A DNA stretch of 64,000 nucleotides from Podarcis erhardii (lineage: Eukaryota), in NCBI GenBank assembly GCA_964252035.1, contig OZ176203.1; one strand, 5' to 3'. The notes beneath the pieces are model-generated. The model saw only the letters and a list, made by a program, of their open reading frames with translations. It did no database searches and was not told where the DNA came from. Position numbers and translations under genes: made by a program. Shown in pieces: positions 59,789 to 64,000 of this stretch. The first letter of the stretch is position 1; each line of letters opens with the position of its first letter.

Positions 59789-61355
59789 AACACCTTTGTA
59801 AGATAAGTCCCCCCCCCCCCTTATTCAGACAATCTTCACTCTTACATGTAAGCCAAACATGCAACAGGAAGTTGGGTTCCCTGCCAAGTGCCATGCCATC
59901 TTTAGTCCGTGTGGAGCCTCCGAGACTTTGAGAGCCAAGCACTGCAGTGGGGAGTTGCCTCTCTTTGTGAAGGCTATGCCTCTCAGAGTAGGAGCTCCCC
60001 ATTGACGGGAGGCAGCCAACTGGAAGGGTAACAAACATGGGTTTGTGACATTTGATATAGGACCCCGAAGCCGTCTCTTGCTACTGGGACCAGCTGCCCC
60101 TATGCCTTACTAGCAATTCCAAAGGATGAAAGATCATCAGCGCAGCCTCAAAACATGTCACGGAACAACTGTGCAGATGTATACATCTGCTTTCCCCACC
60201 CAGTAAAGCCACGAACAGCCTCTCCCTTAAGCCTTCTCCTCTACAGCTCTCTTTCCCTCTGAAAGTTCAGAGCAGCTTACATACGGTTTCTTATTCACGC
60301 ACTGGTCAGGCCTGTACTCTTGTAGCTTCAACATCGCAACAGGTTCTCCTGGACCATTCACTAGTGTCCATTTGAGTGCACTTTAGCTCACAGAAGATAG
60401 TCTGGTATCTGAAAAGCAAACCACTCTCATATCACGTACTGAGTTTTTTAAAAAGCTGCAGCACCAGGAAAGAAAAAGCACATTGTTGCCAAAGATGTCT
60501 CATCTTGCACCATTATTATATCAACCTCTTTATGTTGCATGTACATGCATAGACCTACAAACTTTGTTGTTTTAGCTGTCATCCTTTAAAAAACTATATC
60601 TTCTAGTATTTTTTTTCCTTTATGTTAGAGGCTCATGATTCATTCTTACTTGGCTACAGCACACTCTTCCACCCACATAGAAAAACATGCCAAACCTCTG
60701 AGGTTTTGCAATATTCTTTTGTAGCATTGCTTTTATCAGGCAATCAAGTCAATATTAATGTAATTTTTTTCCCTAAAGCAAAAGCAGCCTTTGCTGCCAA
60801 ATGCACACGGCTCACTGGGTGATAAAATAAAGTATCAACAGATAGTTTCCCCCCAAAAAATTCTGCTGAAGATATTCCCAAAGATTTGCGGCTTGCATTT
60901 GTTTGTGCTAATACGTGCTGTGCTGAATGAAGACATTCATAAGGATCTGATCCTAAGGATCCAATCTTAAAATATGCTTATTAGCATGAAAATTCCACCA
61001 CATGTCAAGAGGATGACTCATAAACAAGCTCGATTGTAGACCAAACCTTGTGCATTTTCTTTGTGAAGATAATCCTAAAACCATAAGGGAGGATTTTGTT
61101 ATGGAATGAAGGGGATATAAATTAGAGTGAGCTGAAACTACTTGCCTTGTTTTAAGTTTGTTTTCGTGAGTCAAAAGTGCCTTCTGTTTTTGGTAGTTTT
61201 TTGGCACTTATTGCAGACACATTCACGTTGTTGAAATTTAGTTTTGCTACGCCATTTTCTTCCTCCTCCTTCCCTGCCCTTACAGTCCTCAGCTTCATCA
61301 CGGGCAGTTGAGCCACCTGGATGAAAGATAACTCCCAGATACCCTGATTTCTCTT

Positions 61356-61413
61356 GAAAGAAAGAAAGGAAGGAAGGAAGGAAGGAAGGAAGGAAGGAAG
61401 GAAGGAAGGAAGG
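61356..61413. repeat. (GAAA)n/(GAAG)n microsatellite
   Basis: Direct reading. Confidence 0.96.
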
Positions 61414-61481
61414 AAAAAAGAAAGAACAAGTTTCTAGCATTTGTAGAAGCTTGGATATGGGGCCAAATCTGTAAGCACTTA

Positions 61482-61731
61482 CTGTATTTTTCGCTCTATA
61501 AGACGCACCAGAACATAAGCCGCACCTAGTTTTTGGAGGAGGAAAACAAGGAAAAAAATATTCTGATTCCCAGAAGCCAGAACAGCAAGAAGGATTGCTG
61601 CACAGTGATCCCTCTTGCTGTTCTGGCTTCTGGGATAGCTGTGCAGCCTGCACTCGCTCCATAAGACGTACACACATCTCCCCTTACTTTTTAGGAGGGG
61701 GGAAGTGCGTCTTATAGAGCGAAAAATACGG
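61482..61731. mobile_element. Tc1/mariner (pogo/Tigger-like) MITE, 250 bp
   Basis: TIRs CTGTATTTTTCGCTCTATA(A)GACGCAC / GTGCGTCTTATAGAGCGAAAAATACGG with TA TSDs. Internal inverted repeat CCCAGAAGCCAGAACAGCAAGA / TCTTGCTGTTCTGGCTTCTGGG. Confidence 0.9.
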
Positions 61732-62715
61732 TAATTCACATTTGTTTTGAAAGCAACTCACCTTCTTCCACCTTTAGCCAATCAATGAAGTCAAACCAGT
61801 GACATTTAGGAAAGAAGATCTAGCCAATGAGACACAGCAAAAGCAAGAGTGAAACACACATGATCTCGACCCTTCTAGATTATCAGCCTTTTCTGCTGGT
61901 CGTTCCCTGGCGTGGAATTGACTGCATGACCTAAAATCCAGGATTTTAATGTGATGGGGGAGTATTGTATCAATTCAAAAACAAAAAAAGTAGCAGCAAA
62001 GTTACAGGAGCACACAATCTTTCTAAGCCAGGACTTGTTTTACCCCAAAATGCAAATTTATTCCAAGTTTTAAAGATTGCACTGGCATTAACAGAGCAAT
62101 TATTATTGTATCCATATGGTAGCAGGCAAGACTGTGGCTGGGAGAGTGTGGGTTACACCGACCCTGCAAAGTAGCCCAGTGTTGTTATCCCTATCTTGAT
62201 GAAGGGAGTGGGGAGGTAGCATGTGACAACCTCGAAGTGTAATTCGGGTTTGTTAACCTGATATTTTGGATTGGGGAAGGGGAAGGGGCAGTGGTGAAGC
62301 TTTGTTGCAGCAGCACTGAAATTAATTAAGAGCTGAGATGGCAGTGTAGGGAGCCAGGGGGAAAATGGGACGCTTCAGTAGTGGTTGGAAATACATTGTC
62401 TGAATACAAGGTCAACACACAGATGGGCAGCAGGTGTAGCACAAACCGAGGTGTAGATCTGGAATACAGGTTTCACAGAGCAGGGGTAGCTTCCAAATGA
62501 CACGTTCCATCAGCGCACAGGGGAATTTTCCCCTGTCTCTTCTTCCAGATTGCTCCATAGGGTTGGGGGAACCACTCTGATAGATTTAGGGACTGTATGT
62601 GGGAAGAATTAGGGTGGCCATTCCATTGACAAGCATAGATTCTTGCAGTGAGGGGGTCTTAGTTCAGTCACCAGATCTACCAGACGTTTTGGTCCTGTTC
62701 TCTGTTTCTAGTCAC

Positions 62716-62761
62716 GTTTGTTTGTTTGTTTGTTTGTTTGTTTGTTTGTTTGTTTGTTTGT
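62716..62761. repeat. (GTTT)n microsatellite
   Basis: Direct reading. Confidence 0.97.
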
Positions 62762-62844
62762 GATATTCCCTCTTCCCTGATGGAAAAATTCATGAACCTC
62801 ACTTGCCCATACTGTCTTTGATCCTACTGTCTACCACCTCACAG

Positions 62845-62870
62845 ATGATTTTGCAGATGACTTTGTGATG
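62845..62870 (+). other. Candidate 26-nt microexon of an unidentified gene
   Basis: Pyrimidine-rich acceptor ...CTGTCTACCACCTCACAG| and consensus donor ATG|GTAAGT. The only open frame reads xDFADDFVM. Confidence 0.3.
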
Positions 62871-64000
62871 GTAAGTCATGCATTAATGTACTGAAAATGC
62901 ATGTAAGCAAACACATATGAATTTCCACTGTCCAATGAACTAAAAGGCAGTGGTGTAGGTAAACGAGAACAAGCACAGAAAATTCCTTTTAAAGAAACCA
63001 AGCAGATTACTATTAAACAGGACAGTGAACTGGATTTCCAAAGTTGTGGTCCTCAGTGTTGACTAAGTTACTTATGTTCTCAAAGTTATTCACGATGCAG
63101 CACATGTACTTAAGGATAAAAATAAAAACGAGAAATAAGATAAAATTTGGTTGGGAAATCAATTCAGTATTTCACAAAAATCTTTAAATAATATTGTCTT
63201 CTGCTGATGGCCTACTTGGGTTCAAATGCTGAGAAGTGGTCAGGAAGTCTAATTTCAGGAGGAAAGTCTGGACACCAACTTCTACATTTCATTGTCCAAG
63301 AAAATGATTATGAGCTGTTTCTAAACCTGGGAAATGCCATGTTTACATTTCAGCATGTGAACTTGCTTTATCATGCTCCCAAAGCAATTGACAGAATAAC
63401 TGCAAATTATTAGTGGAATGTTTTAGTGAAGATTTCCCATGCGTCGTCCCAGGTTCCCTGTGTTGCAAACCACACACGATCATTCCAAAGAAGCTGTTAT
63501 AGCTTAGTTTTGCACAGAAAGTGACAAGCAAAACAGTTATGCACATCTAAGTCCTAGGTGTGCATAAAGTCCTTGCTTCAAAATGCAAAGGATAATTTAG
63601 ACTGGTGTGAATAAACATTGCTATAAGAGATATAAATCAACTCTTAGTGTTTAACATTTCCCCACAAGTCTCAGGATTTGCATTACGGCCATCTTAATAA
63701 TAGTAATAATATTTTCCATAATAAATACCTGCTGGTGGTTCTGTCCTTGAATATCGAGGGCTTTAATCTGCCACAAACGTAGAGCTAGTTAAGGGCATGC
63801 TGGTGTCCCTAATTTACAATTAAGGAATAAATATGATCACACCCTCTAATAGCAAACTCAGCATGTGAGTGTTGACATGACTGGAGCCCCAGTGGAGCCT
63901 AGAGGAAGAAGAGGAGGATATCAGCATGCTCAAGAGAACCCCGAGGTTTACAGAAGAACAAAAAATATTTGCAGCAAGGGAGGGGAGGAAGAGACTAAGT

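Noticed and set aside
62845-62870. Assignment of the DDFVM microexon to ATG13 or ULK1
   Set aside because: The residues flanking DDFVM differ from those I recall for these proteins, and no other exons of these compact genes are visible in the preceding 60 kb.

Overview
Vertebrate genomic DNA from a squamate reptile, most likely a lacertid lizard. The evidence is Sauria SINEs, Squam3-type CORE SINEs, a BovB LINE and lizard-type L1, L2 and CR1 LINEs. I found no protein-coding host gene, structural RNA gene or CRISPR array that I can support. The window looks intronic or intergenic, and almost all listed ORFs are spurious or transposon relics. It is dense in mobile elements, many with readable target-site duplications (TSDs): five L1 insertions (one nested in another), L2, CR1, RTE, BovB and RTE-X-like fragments, four Sauria SINEs, Tc1/mariner MITEs, hAT MITEs and GC-rich LTR/DIRS-like elements. 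The most unusual observations are (i) a 913-bp non-autonomous hAT element with perfect TIRs and TSD carrying GC/CpG-rich gene-like cargo (Pack-TIR candidate, 47031-47943); (ii) two independent L1 insertions sharing the non-canonical nick-site motif C^AATGAGG; (iii) a nested L1-in-L1 with a fold-back 5' junction; (iv) two GC-rich elements bounded by a short (A/C)ATG...AATGCC core, suggestive of tyrosine-recombinase integration; and (v) six near-exact two-copy tandem duplications. A few isolated exon-like segments exist but cannot be assigned to a gene. Family names come from recognising sequence and peptide motifs by eye, not from database searches.
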